From contig OZ244057.1 of the NCBI GenBank assembly GCA_965215515.1, positions 1,994,514 to 2,058,513 on the forward strand: a stretch of 64,000 nt of DNA. Direction: 5' to 3'. Positions 1 to 9,716 of the stretch are shown here, in pieces. The stretch is from Oligoflexales bacterium. GTDB lineage: Bacteria > Bdellovibrionota_B > Oligoflexia > Oligoflexales > JAPPIL01. Every line of letters begins with the position of its first letter. Positions within the stretch are counted from its first letter, which is position 1. The position numbers were made by a program, and so were the translations under genes. A model generated the notes under the pieces. The model saw nothing but the letters and a program-made list of their open reading frames with translations, was not told the DNA's origin and did not search any database.

Positions 1-1199
1 TGAAAGAGGAGTTTCCCATCATCTATGGCTCGTCGATTTTTATTGCTGACGCGCAAGAAGTCACACCAGGAGTGAAGTTGGCCGAGTGGGATCCGTTTGC
101 TTTGCCGATTGTCGCGGAGGTTGCGGGGTGTATTCGTTATCGTGATTTACTGGAGGGACAGACGGTTGAGGAGCGGGTGGATGAGGTAACTTTTTTGACT
201 CGCAAGGTGGTGATTGAATCACGCAGTGGCGGATCGTTGAAACCTGCGTTGGAGGTTGTCGATGACAAAGGCAAGGTGTTGTCAGTCGATGAGCGCAAGG
301 ATGCGCGCTATGCTTTGCCGATTGGGGTGACGGTCAGTGTCGAGGATGGCGAAGAGGTGCGGCCAGGGGACGTGTTAGGGCGCATTCCGCGTGAAATTAC
401 CCGTACCAGGGACATCACGGGTGGTTTGCCGCGGGTGGCGGAACTGTTTGAAGCACGGAAACCGAAAGATCCGTCGATTATGGCGAAGGGTAACGGCACG
501 GTATCTTTTGGTGATGATGTGAAGGGTAAGCGGCAGTTGATTATCACCGATGACGAGGGGGAGGAAGAAGTTTACTCCGTGCCGAAGGGCAAGCATGTCT
601 TTGTCACCGATGGTGACTATGTGCGCAAGGGTGAGATTGTTTCTGATGGCGGCATCAACCCGCATGATATTCTGAAAATCAAGGGCGAGATCGAGTTGGC
701 ACGCTATCTTGTCGATGAGATACAAGAGGTCTACCATCTACAAGGGGTACGTATCAACGACAAGCACATCGAGGTGATTGTGCGGCAGATGTTGCGGCGT
801 AGTAAGGTACTTGATTCTGGCGACTCACGTTTTCTTGAAGGTGAGCAGGTGGGGCGGGCGGAATTGCAGGAAGTTAATGCACAGCTTGCTGCAGAGGGCA
901 AGCGGCAGGTGGTGGATGAACCTGTGTTGCTCGGCATCACTAAAGCTTCGTTGGCGACGGGGAGTTTTATTTCCGCGGCATCGTTTCAGGAGACAACGCG
1001 TATCTTGACCGATGCCAGTCTCAATTCCAGAACTGATTCTCTGCGTGGCTTGAAGGAGAATGTTATCATGGGACGTTTAATTCCCGCGGGCACGGGGGCT
1101 GAGTTCTACCAGGGCATCACTTCGCAGGCAAAAACTGAAAAAGCTGCCGCTCCCGAAACATCCGAGACCGCCGCGGTCGAGCAGACTGCCACGGCTTAA
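1..1199 (+). CDS. rpoC: DNA-directed RNA polymerase subunit beta' (C-terminal part; the 5' end lies upstream of the window)
   Basis: The frame is open from base 3 (KEEFPIIYGSSIFIADAQEVTPG...) into the listed ORF. Hallmark beta' C-terminal segments are present: GGLPRVAELFEARKPKD, ITKASLATGSFISAASFQETTRILTDA and LRGLKENVIMGRLIPAGTG. Confidence 0.95.
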   Translation, partial: KEEFPIIYGSSIFIADAQEVTPGVKLAEWDPFALPIVAEVAGCIRYRDLLEGQTVEERVDEVTFLTRKVVIESRSGGSLKPALEVVDDKGKVLSVDERKDARYALPIGVTVSVEDGEEVRPGDVLGRIPREITRTRDITGGLPRVAELFEARKPKDPSIMAKGNGTVSFGDDVKGKRQLIITDDEGEEEVYSVPKGKHVFVTDGDYVRKGEIVSDGGINPHDILKIKGEIELARYLVDEIQEVYHLQGVRINDKHIEVIVRQMLRRSKVLDSGDSRFLEGEQVGRAELQEVNAQLAAEGKRQVVDEPVLLGITKASLATGSFISAASFQETTRILTDASLNSRTDSLRGLKENVIMGRLIPAGTGAEFYQGITSQAKTEKAAAPETSETAAVEQTATA

Positions 1200-1250
1200 G
1201 TTTGTCGTTTGCCTTGCCAGAGAGAAAACTGCTTTCTGCTTGTGCACCCC

Positions 1251-4200
1251 ATGTATTTGTGGTACGCGCCCGAACATCGCGGGCTGATTGGACGGGGGGT
1301 ATCGGTGCTCGGCAAGCTTGGGCTTACTCTGCTGCTGTGTAGTTGGCAGTCGTCGCTGAAGGCAGGGGTTGTGGGCAGTTTTGACGGCGTGCGCAACTTG
1401 CCAGGCTACATCTCCCTGCAACGCGGTGATGATGCGTATCGTGATTTAGTCAAGCGACCGCGGCGGCGTGGCGATGCCCTTGAGCAGCGCGGTGCGTCTC
1501 GTATTCTGAAGGAAGATTACCTGCGCGACGATGGCACAATCGATATCGCTGCTCTTGACGCGAAGATCATCGCCATCAAGGAGCATGAAAACGTAGCTTT
1601 CCTGACCTATTGTGTCGCAAGGTTGCCCCACGAAGCGGTGCAGCATGTGGAGTGGTGTCAAAGCCGTGCGGACGAAAAAATTAAAAAAAAGTGGCGGAGG
1701 AGCAAACTCGCAGCTATCTACGCTTTTGCCCTCAGCGAGCTGCACAAGGCACGTCAGTGTGCGGCGGGCGTACGCAGCGATAACATCAACCAGGCATCGA
1801 GCCAAAATTTCTTGGAGCATCTGTTTCAGGGTCTAGAAACCTTCGCCAGTATTATCGATACAGACCCTATCAATTCTGATTTTTTCAATGCAATTATGCA
1901 CGGCATCGACTTCAGCAAGGTGCGAGTAGGTTTCGCTGTCGAAGCTGCTAATCTCGTCATTCCCGTAGCGATGAAGGAGAAGTATTCTGAGTTGCAGAAG
2001 CAGGTTTTTTTCTCGCCGCGGCAGTTGCAACGTCTCGCCCCGCGTGAGGGTCTAGACATCTCGGCCATCGACCCTCTGGACTCTGGTTTTTGGCGTAAAC
2101 CACATTCAATCCGTGCCTTCAACACCAGCAACTACAACGGCCAAAGTGGTTTGCCCGATGATGTTGCTGACGTACATAAGGAAATCGCGGTCACCTACGA
2201 CTGGGATGGCAAGTTTACGGGGCGCACTCCCAAGATGCGCGTGCGCTACCGCGACGAACAATACAAGATGAAATATCTTTCCGAAGCGATGGACATCGAG
2301 CATGCCGATGCGCTGAGTAAGATTCACATGCATTGGCGCAAGCATGCTAGCGAAGTCAACACCGAGACGGTGGTCAATAACATCGCCGCGGCACTCGGTT
2401 TTACTGTCGATCCCACTTTCTTTAAGCACAGTGTCAGGCTGTATCTGCCCTTGCAAGACCCAACTTCGCAGGAAGAATTTGACCGTGCCTATCAACGTCT
2501 GTTAGCTGATCATCGACGTTGGAGCGGTTATACTCCTGACAGGGCTTTAGCGAGAATAGCTAGAGATGAGCGCGGCTATTGGTTTATTCGCATGCGTTCG
2601 GTGTCGCTGGAGCGGCGTTCGCAAGTGGGTACCGATCTCAACGTCGGTGGTTTTATTAAGGCTGCGTTCAGTCGCCCCCTGAAGCGGGAGTTCCGTGCCT
2701 TCGCCTTGTTCCTCGCTTGGTTCTCGGACTTGGATGTCAAGGACGATAACGCCAGCATCGTGTTGGTAGGTGATGCCGACGGACGCAAGGTGGCTTACAG
2801 TGCCGCAGACATGGGGGCGGTACTCGGTAGCTGGATGGGGAAGGATTCGCCGAATTTTCTCAACCGTGATCTGGTCTCGCGGGTGCGACGTAAACCCGAT
2901 GGCTCGATCTACGAAATCGTGCTCAACTACATCTCTCCGTTCGGCAATTCATCCTTGAACGTCATTAGTATCAGCGATGGTAAGTGGATAACACGTCTCA
3001 TCGCACAGTTGTCGCCGACTCAAATCAAAAAAGCTTTCTTGACCGCGGGCTATTCGGAACTGCTCAGCGAGTATTATACCCAGCTAATGCTGCGGCGGCG
3101 CGACCAGCTCGTGGAAGTATTCGGGTTGATGGGGCACACGATCACCGATGCTGCGGGCACGAATATTTTTCTCAAGCCTGAGAGTAAGATGACCGATCCC
3201 GACACGTATGCCGTCGAAGGGTACGAGCAGTATTTTAAAGATGGCTATCTGCACGACCCAGAGGGGGAGGTTTCGGACAACCCTGGCGATTTTGTGCGGC
3301 GCTATTACGACCGCAATCTCGTCCATGCAACCCCTGGCACGCTGCAAAATGCCCTTTGGAAAACGGTCGAGGCTTGGCTGAAAATCAGCACAGTGTCGAT
3401 GACCAGTCAACGCCTGCACAAGTTGAAAATCACCAACCGCACCTTTGGCCTGCCGTTATTGCGCGGTGGTTTCTGTGCGCGTGAGTGTTTTTATGACGGT
3501 TTACGGATCGGGATCACTAACTTTTTGCCGCAGCGTTTTTTGTTGCGCAACCCCTATGATACAAAAGAGAAACCCCTGCTCGTTGTTGATGTTTATCGGT
3601 TTGGTTTTTTGCTAGGGGCTGACGTGGGGGAGGATTTACCCGCTCGTTTTGGCATCGATGCACCGTTGGACGATCGGATGCCGCAGCTGCGCTACCAGAA
3701 AGTCTATGAGTTTGTAAAAGTCAAGCCGCTGAGCACTATTGTCGATAGCGTCAAAACCTTGCAAGAATTATCTCCGCTACAGGTTTTGAAGTATGGAAGA
3801 ATTCACCAGCAGCTTATCGAACAGTTGCAGCCTGGCGAAAGCCTTATCGCCAGCACCTATTTGAGCCGTGGGGCAGGAGTGCAGCTCGGCAAGTACCCGT
3901 TTCTCAGCCGTCCGATGGTCAATGCGGAGATTGATCTGAGTCATATCGTCGTGAGTCGCAAGGCTTTAATCAGGAGCGCGGATAAATTTTTGTTTCAGTT
4001 TTCTGATCTCAAAGCTAGCAAATTCAAGGCGGAGATAGGAGGCGAGTTGCTGTTGACTGATTTTCCTCTTCTCAGTTGGAAAATGGAAAAGCTTGCCCAA
4101 ATGGATCGGGTCTTCGCATTACCCGCCGCGGGGGAGCATTACAGCTTGCTGGAGGAGAACCTGGCGGCGCGCTTACCTTCTGATGATATAGCTGACTTTG

Positions 4201-5195
4201 CCGTAATCGCACGTGCCGTTGCACGTGTCAAAAACCAGTTCAGTCTTATCCTGAAACCAGCAAAGTTTTTCTTATCCGACACAGATATCGCTACGATCAA
4301 AACAGACGGCAGCGCGGGTGCTGCTGAACTGCACATTGCGACAGTAACAGAAAAAAAGAAATTCAGGTATTTACCTTTCTACAGTTCACACAATACCACG
4401 CTCGAAAGTTTTGTTACTCAGGACGAGCAGGTATTCGTCAGGCTGCGGATGAAATTCAAAAACCTTTTTGGTAAACGTGAGCACTTCAAGTGGGTTTACC
4501 AGCACATGTTGCCGCTGCTAGGCAGACCATTTATCTTGTTTACGCCTGAGGATGTTAACTACTACCTCGATGATTTTGAATTCGCGGGCGAGGTTTACCT
4601 TCTTCCCGAAGGGGTGGAAAAAATTATGGCTTATAGGCAGGTAACCAAACAAGAATTTTGTGTAGCCTATGCCAACGCGGCGGGTAAACTAAACCCCCAA
4701 CGATGGTGTGAGAAACTGTTCGCTGACGAACTCGGTACGTTTACGGGACGAGGACGTATGCGAAGCTACGACGAGCGGAGGTTTAGAAGTTTTTTCGGTC
4801 GTTACCTCGAAGCCACCCATAGCTGGCTACGGCAACCGACGGGTGACATGTCGGAAGAAGAGCGTGACCAGCTGTGGCGTGATAAAGCACGGACAATCGC
4901 TAGAATGCTCAGTGTGGATGGGTTCAATGCCGCGGTGTGGAAAATGTGGCAGCGCATCGCAGGAGAAGAAAACATTTACCGTGACGGCATTCTCACTTCA
5001 CGTACGGGCGGTTTTCCATCCCAGAGCAAGATAGTTGCCATGCCTGCCTCAGTGCGTGGTCGAGCGGGAGAAAGGGTGGCGGAGGTTTACAGAAACATCG
5101 TGCAGTCGGTGCAAATTTCTACCGATCCGCTGTTCAGTGAACTCAGCCAAGTGTTCTACGAGCCGATGGGGGAAGGCTACTTTTCCGATCGCTAG
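1251..5195 (+). CDS. Very large (about 1300 aa) hypothetical secreted or lipoprotein-like protein with a putative atypical protein-kinase-like core
   Basis: There is a single uninterrupted ORF at 1209-5195. The start is uncertain: TTG 1209, ATG 1251, or GTG 1305 preceded by a GGGGGG run. The N-terminus has a hydrophobic stretch ending in Cys (LGKLGLTLLLCSWQSS). Internal motifs resemble kinases: DGKFTGRTPKMRVRYRDEQYKMKY (Gly-loop and Lys), FSDLDVKDDNASIVL (DxKxxN catalytic loop) and AADMGAVLG (DFG-like). I recognised no other family. Confidence 0.7.
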   Translation: MYLWYAPEHRGLIGRGVSVLGKLGLTLLLCSWQSSLKAGVVGSFDGVRNLPGYISLQRGDDAYRDLVKRPRRRGDALEQRGASRILKEDYLRDDGTIDIAALDAKIIAIKEHENVAFLTYCVARLPHEAVQHVEWCQSRADEKIKKKWRRSKLAAIYAFALSELHKARQCAAGVRSDNINQASSQNFLEHLFQGLETFASIIDTDPINSDFFNAIMHGIDFSKVRVGFAVEAANLVIPVAMKEKYSELQKQVFFSPRQLQRLAPREGLDISAIDPLDSGFWRKPHSIRAFNTSNYNGQSGLPDDVADVHKEIAVTYDWDGKFTGRTPKMRVRYRDEQYKMKYLSEAMDIEHADALSKIHMHWRKHASEVNTETVVNNIAAALGFTVDPTFFKHSVRLYLPLQDPTSQEEFDRAYQRLLADHRRWSGYTPDRALARIARDERGYWFIRMRSVSLERRSQVGTDLNVGGFIKAAFSRPLKREFRAFALFLAWFSDLDVKDDNASIVLVGDADGRKVAYSAADMGAVLGSWMGKDSPNFLNRDLVSRVRRKPDGSIYEIVLNYISPFGNSSLNVISISDGKWITRLIAQLSPTQIKKAFLTAGYSELLSEYYTQLMLRRRDQLVEVFGLMGHTITDAAGTNIFLKPESKMTDPDTYAVEGYEQYFKDGYLHDPEGEVSDNPGDFVRRYYDRNLVHATPGTLQNALWKTVEAWLKISTVSMTSQRLHKLKITNRTFGLPLLRGGFCARECFYDGLRIGITNFLPQRFLLRNPYDTKEKPLLVVDVYRFGFLLGADVGEDLPARFGIDAPLDDRMPQLRYQKVYEFVKVKPLSTIVDSVKTLQELSPLQVLKYGRIHQQLIEQLQPGESLIASTYLSRGAGVQLGKYPFLSRPMVNAEIDLSHIVVSRKALIRSADKFLFQFSDLKASKFKAEIGGELLLTDFPLLSWKMEKLAQMDRVFALPAAGEHYSLLEENLAARLPSDDIADFAVIARAVARVKNQFSLILKPAKFFLSDTDIATIKTDGSAGAAELHIATVTEKKKFRYLPFYSSHNTTLESFVTQDEQVFVRLRMKFKNLFGKREHFKWVYQHMLPLLGRPFILFTPEDVNYYLDDFEFAGEVYLLPEGVEKIMAYRQVTKQEFCVAYANAAGKLNPQRWCEKLFADELGTFTGRGRMRSYDERRFRSFFGRYLEATHSWLRQPTGDMSEEERDQLWRDKARTIARMLSVDGFNAAVWKMWQRIAGEENIYRDGILTSRTGGFPSQSKIVAMPASVRGRAGERVAEVYRNIVQSVQISTDPLFSELSQVFYEPMGEGYFSDR

Positions 5196-5255
5196 GATAG
5201 TGGTCGGTCTCTCAGCCTATACCGCGACCATGTGATGCCAGGGGATTGATACGAG

Positions 5256-6278
5256 TTGCCGATCGAACTGACCGTCAAGGTGCCAGGCAAGGTTATGCTC
5301 TGTGGTGAGTATCACGTGCTGACTCGTGGTGCGCAAGCGCTGGCGTTCGCTCTCGTCGCCTACCTGGAGATTTACGTGCGCTACGGCACAGCCGCACGCC
5401 AGTCACTGCTGCTGCACTCCAACCTCTGGGAGATGCCGCGGCGGGTCGACGCGCAGACAGGACACGATAGCATGCTTGTCGCCACCGTAGGCGCGCTGAT
5501 GCCCCCTGGTAAACATCGGATTGAAGAGATACGGATTAACTCACAGCTGCACCCTAGCTACGGCTTTGGTTCGTCATCGGCACTGCGTCTAGGGCTGGTC
5601 TACATCGCCTACCTGCAAACGTGTGGAGGCAGTTTGCTCGTGCCCCAAGCTAAACGCTGGCAACTGGCGCGGCAAGCCTTCGCTCTCCAAAAAAAAAGCC
5701 AGCAACTGGCCTCTGGTTACGATGTGGCAACACAGCTGGTCGGCGGCATCGTCACCTACCGTAGCGAGGGCGGCGAGTGGCCACCCTCCCCGAACGTGCA
5801 GTCACTGCCAGCACACACCGAGAAAAACGCGCGCAGCAACCTCAAAAACTGCGTCCACCTCTTCGTCGGTGGTCGGGGAACAAACACCCGCACCGTCACC
5901 CACGCGACGCAAAACTGGCTTGCCACCCAAAGGCAATTGCCTCTAGCCGTAGTTTCGGATAGGCTGAGATGTGCTTTCCTAGGCACCCTGCACGACCTGC
6001 ATAACCTACCCACCCTGATCGCGGCAACGGCGCAATGGCGAGAGTGGTTTGCCTCCTCTCCCCACTTCCCTCGCCGCGTAGATACCGCGCTGCACGGTGT
6101 TCACGGACGAGATAGGGAATGGAGCTGGAAAACCAGCGGTGCAGGTGGCGAAGATGCCCTTATCGTTATCGGACTCCAGCAAAACATCACGGCAGTCACC
6201 GCCCGCCTCGCTGCACTCGGCTGGCAACGTTACCACTACAACATCGCAACGCACGGTATACACTGGCAACGAGTTTGA
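5256..6278 (+). CDS. GHMP-family kinase, phosphomevalonate or mevalonate kinase-like
   Basis: The N-terminus PGKVMLCGEYHVL resembles ERG8/MvaK. GHMP motif II is present as SYGFGSSSALRLG, along with a C-terminal SGAGGEDALIV. The start is TTG, preceded by AGGGGA. Confidence 0.75.
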   Translation: MPIELTVKVPGKVMLCGEYHVLTRGAQALAFALVAYLEIYVRYGTAARQSLLLHSNLWEMPRRVDAQTGHDSMLVATVGALMPPGKHRIEEIRINSQLHPSYGFGSSSALRLGLVYIAYLQTCGGSLLVPQAKRWQLARQAFALQKKSQQLASGYDVATQLVGGIVTYRSEGGEWPPSPNVQSLPAHTEKNARSNLKNCVHLFVGGRGTNTRTVTHATQNWLATQRQLPLAVVSDRLRCAFLGTLHDLHNLPTLIAATAQWREWFASSPHFPRRVDTALHGVHGRDREWSWKTSGAGGEDALIVIGLQQNITAVTARLAALGWQRYHYNIATHGIHWQRV

Positions 6279-6306
6279 AAAAATTGTCCACAGTCGCTTG
6301 CAGCTG

Positions 6307-6315
6307 TGCTACAAT
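6307..6315 (+). promoter_or_regulatory. Possible extended -10 promoter element (TGCTACAAT) upstream of metK
   Basis: The sequence TGnTACAAT lies about 38 nt upstream of the metK GTG. A GGGGGAG Shine-Dalgarno sits at 6336-6342. No good -35 element was found. Confidence 0.3.
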
Positions 6316-6352
6316 GAGCCGTTTCTGACTTGACGCGGGGGAGTACCGTAGA

Positions 6353-7513
6353 GTGCAAGGTAGGTATTTGTTCACCTCGGAGTCGGTGAGCGAAGGACAT
6401 CCCGACAAAATATGCGATCAGGTTAGCGATGCCGTGCTCGATGCGTTGCTGGCCAAGGACACACAAGCACGGGTGGCTTGTGAGGCATTGGTGAAGACAG
6501 GACTGCTGGTGCTAGCAGGTGAGGTCAGCAGCACCGCACACGTCGATTACGGACAGCTGGCCAGGGAGGTGATCGCCGACATCGGCTACGACGACCTCGC
6601 TCTGGGTTTCGATGCCAGCACCTGTGGAGTGCTAGTGGCAATCGAAGAACAATCACGGGACATCGCCATCGGCGTTAACGAAGGTAGCGGTCTGGATCGC
6701 AGACTAGGAGCAGGCGATCAGGGAATGATGTTCGGCTACGCGTGCGAGGAAACACCTGAACTGATGCCAGCTACCATCAGCTACTCACACCAACTGCTAC
6801 GTAACCTCGCCGAACAACGACGCCGCGGTAAGGTTAAATTCTTGCGCCCCGATGCCAAAAGTCAAGTAACAGCCATCTACGAAAATGACCGTATGGTCGG
6901 CATCGACGCAGTAGTCGTCTCAACCCAACACCATAAAGAAATTAGCCGCGATGACCTGAAAGAATTCGTCATCGAAGAATGCATCCGTCAAGTCATCCCC
7001 GCGGAGTTGCTGTGTGCTGACACGGATTTTTTTGTCAACGAAACAGGAAACTTCGAGGTCGGAGGGCCACATGGTGATTGCGGCTTGACAGGGCGCAAAA
7101 TCATCGTCGATACCTACGGCGGACACGGCTCGCACGGCGGAGGGGCGTTTTCAGGCAAAGACCCCACCAAGGTCGATCGCTCGGCCTCCTACATGGCGCG
7201 CTGTATTGCCAAAAACCTCGTCGCCGCAGGCACGTGTGGCAAGTGCTTAGTGCAAATTGCCTATGTTATTGGCAAAGCAGAGCCAGTGTCGGTGTACGTC
7301 AACACCTATGGCACAGCGAAGGTGGGCGGGATAGACTTCCCCCAACTGGTGAGAGAAACCTTCGCCCTGCAACTGAAGGACATCATCACCTCGCTCGATC
7401 TGCGCCGCCCTATCTATCGAGAGACCGCGGCATACGGTCATTTTGGGCGCAACCAGTTTCCGTGGGAAAAACTTTCTCATGTTGATAAAATCAAGGAGAA
7501 GATCTTCAGCTAG
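6353..7513 (+). CDS. metK: S-adenosylmethionine synthetase
   Basis: Motifs [37 protein letters not shown] and [19 protein letters not shown] are present. The length of 386 aa fits. Confidence 0.97.
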   Translation: MQGRYLFTSESVSEGHPDKICDQVSDAVLDALLAKDTQARVACEALVKTGLLVLAGEVSSTAHVDYGQLAREVIADIGYDDLALGFDASTCGVLVAIEEQSRDIAIGVNEGSGLDRRLGAGDQGMMFGYACEETPELMPATISYSHQLLRNLAEQRRRGKVKFLRPDAKSQVTAIYENDRMVGIDAVVVSTQHHKEISRDDLKEFVIEECIRQVIPAELLCADTDFFVNETGNFEVGGPHGDCGLTGRKIIVDTYGGHGSHGGGAFSGKDPTKVDRSASYMARCIAKNLVAAGTCGKCLVQIAYVIGKAEPVSVYVNTYGTAKVGGIDFPQLVRETFALQLKDIITSLDLRRPIYRETAAYGHFGRNQFPWEKLSHVDKIKEKIFS

Positions 7514-7529
7514 CATTAAGGGAGAGGGG

Positions 7530-8045
7530 ATGCGCAAAAAACTCTACTTGATCAACCGCCACTTTCAGTTCCGCTTCATGTGGTTGGCGGTGACGGTGGG
7601 CTTGTTCTCAACCGTGCTGACCGCCATTATTATTCTCTACCCGCTGTTCATGTTCCGCATTCTGCGTATCCCAGAGTTTCTGCCACTGCCCATATTCGGG
7701 GTCATGACACTGGCCGCACTGGTTAACATCGCTCTGATAAGCTACCTGACTATCACCGTGACCCACCGCGTCGTCGGGCCGCTGTATAACCTCGTGCGCA
7801 ACATGCGACGCTTCGAATCACCCAACTGGAACGGGCATATCCGCGTGCGCGAGAAAGACGAACTGCAGTATGTAATGCGTAACTTCAACAACATGATCGA
7901 CTGCATCGTCGGCACAATCAACAAAGACCTCGAAGTTCTACAAAAATCAAACAACAATACTCCAGAAATGAAAAACTTAACGCAATCCCTCCAAAAACGC
8001 ACCGAAGAATTTCATTCGCTGTACACCGAAGAAACACCGTCGTGA
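7530..8045 (+). CDS. Small two-TM membrane protein with a HAMP-like linker domain
   Basis: ATG 7530 is preceded by GGAGAGGGG. There are two hydrophobic segments, followed by THRVVGPLYNLVRNMRRFE...REKDELQYVMRNFNNMIDCI, which is a HAMP-type pattern. The stop overlaps the ruvA start (GTGA). Confidence 0.6.
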   Translation: MRKKLYLINRHFQFRFMWLAVTVGLFSTVLTAIIILYPLFMFRILRIPEFLPLPIFGVMTLAALVNIALISYLTITVTHRVVGPLYNLVRNMRRFESPNWNGHIRVREKDELQYVMRNFNNMIDCIVGTINKDLEVLQKSNNNTPEMKNLTQSLQKRTEEFHSLYTEETPS

Positions 8046-8665
8046 TTTACCAACTGCAAGGCACGTTTACCACACGCATCCCTGACGGTTTCGTATTGAC
8101 CACCACGGCAGGAGTGGGCTACCAAGTGCTGTGCGCTGCACGCACCGCGGATTTTTTTGCAGAACAGCCACACGTCGAAGTGTGGATCTTTACCCACCTG
8201 AAAGATAACGGGCTATGTCTGTACGGATTCAGCACCCAACAAGAACGAGAGTTCTTCGCTGAACTGACCGCCATCAACGGCATAGGCCCAAAGCTAGCCC
8301 TGCTGCTGCTAGAAACACTGACCATTAGCGAAATCCTACAAGCAGCCACAGCAGAAAGACACCACGCCTTCCTGCAAGTGACAGGAGTCGGCGAAAGAAC
8401 AGCCCGCAAACTAACCCTGGAAATTAAACACCGCCTGCCCAAACTACAAACACTGCTGCCACCCCTACCGACAACACAAACCACCCCCCATCTACAACGA
8501 CAAAAAGAAGTCGTTTCCGCCCTACTTAACATGGGATTTGCCGAGAAAAACGTACGCAATGTCCTGATCGACTTCAACTGGCAACAAAAAAACGATACTC
8601 AAACCCTGCTGCGACGAGCACTGCAAATGATGACACGCCACACCGCACAAGAGGCACAACCATGA
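8042..8665 (+). CDS. ruvA: Holliday junction branch migration complex subunit RuvA
   Basis: GVGYQVLC, GFSTQQEREFFAELTAINGIGPKLALLLL (HhH) and a C-terminal domain III-like LLNMGFAEKNVRNVL are present. The gene is adjacent to ruvB. Confidence 0.9.
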   Translation: MIYQLQGTFTTRIPDGFVLTTTAGVGYQVLCAARTADFFAEQPHVEVWIFTHLKDNGLCLYGFSTQQEREFFAELTAINGIGPKLALLLLETLTISEILQAATAERHHAFLQVTGVGERTARKLTLEIKHRLPKLQTLLPPLPTTQTTPHLQRQKEVVSALLNMGFAEKNVRNVLIDFNWQQKNDTQTLLRRALQMMTRHTAQEAQP

Positions 8666-8681
8666 ACGGAACAAAAACAAA

Positions 8682-9716
8682 ATGCAACACAAACACAACG
8701 GAGTAGCCACCACACGTTTCATCGCAGCAGAACAAACAGAGAAGGATGCCATAGCCGAGTCCGACAGACAACTCAGACCACAATCCTTCGCCGACTACCC
8801 TGGACAAACACGGGCCAAAAGTAACCTGACCACCTACGTCAAAGCAGCACGCCTGCGCGACGAAGTGATGGATCACGTCCTCCTACACGGCCCGCCAGGC
8901 TTAGGCAAAACAACCCTCGGCCGTATCATCGCTAACGAATTAGGTATGCCCTTCTTCGCTACCAGCGCACCTGGCCTTGAAAAACAAGGAGATTTGGCAG
9001 GAATTTTGGCAAGCTTCGAACAACGCACAACGGTGTTCGTCGACGAAATCCACCGCCTACCAAAAACAGTAGAAGAAACACTTTACGCCGCGATGGAAGA
9101 CTTCGCCCTCGACCTCGTCGTTGGACAAGGACAAGCGGCACGCCCCCTGAAAATGCCAATCGCAGCATTCACCCTAGTCGGGGCCACAACACGAGTATCA
9201 CTGCTGTCACGCCCACTGCTGAGCCGCTTCGGCATTCAAGAACGCCTTGAATTCTACACCGCCACAGAACTTGCACAAATCATCACCCGCGCCGCCCGCG
9301 TGCTCGCCATCCCCATCAACGCCTCTGGCTGCGCCGAAATCAGCTGCCGAGCACGAGGCACACCACGCATCGCTAACCGACTCCTACGACGAGTATGGGA
9401 CTTCGCAGTCGTCGCAGGCCACAAAGAAATCAACCGACAAATTACCCGCCATGCCCTGCAACAACTCGAAATCGACGGCGACGGACTCGACCGAGTCGAT
9501 CGCGCCATCCTCCACACACTCCACGACCAGTACCAGGACGGCCCCGTCGGTATCGATACCCTGTCCGCCTCCCTCGGCGAAGAACGCAAAACTATCGAAG
9601 AAGTCTACGAACCATTCCTCGTTTACAACGGCTACCTTACCCGCTCACCCCGAGGACGAGTACTAACTACACGCGGCATCGCACACATCACCAACCACAC
9701 CCCGACAACGCTCTAG
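8682..9716 (+). CDS. ruvB: Holliday junction DNA helicase RuvB
   Basis: LRPQSFADYPGQ is followed by the Walker A motif GPPGLGKTTLGRIIANELG and by VFVDEIHRL and GTPRIANRLLRRVWDF. Confidence 0.96.
   Translation: MQHKHNGVATTRFIAAEQTEKDAIAESDRQLRPQSFADYPGQTRAKSNLTTYVKAARLRDEVMDHVLLHGPPGLGKTTLGRIIANELGMPFFATSAPGLEKQGDLAGILASFEQRTTVFVDEIHRLPKTVEETLYAAMEDFALDLVVGQGQAARPLKMPIAAFTLVGATTRVSLLSRPLLSRFGIQERLEFYTATELAQIITRAARVLAIPINASGCAEISCRARGTPRIANRLLRRVWDFAVVAGHKEINRQITRHALQQLEIDGDGLDRVDRAILHTLHDQYQDGPVGIDTLSASLGEERKTIEEVYEPFLVYNGYLTRSPRGRVLTTRGIAHITNHTPTTL

Noticed and set aside
6279-6352. A possible SAM riboswitch upstream of metK.
   Set aside because: The intergenic region is only 74 nt and the leader after the -10-like element is about 35 nt, too short for any SAM riboswitch class. 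No conserved riboswitch strings were seen.
9713-9716. Convergent ruvB and lipoprotein genes sharing a palindromic CTAG as both stop codons.
   Set aside because: The observation is real but is a trivial consequence of TAG being self-complementary within CTAG. There is no evidence of function.
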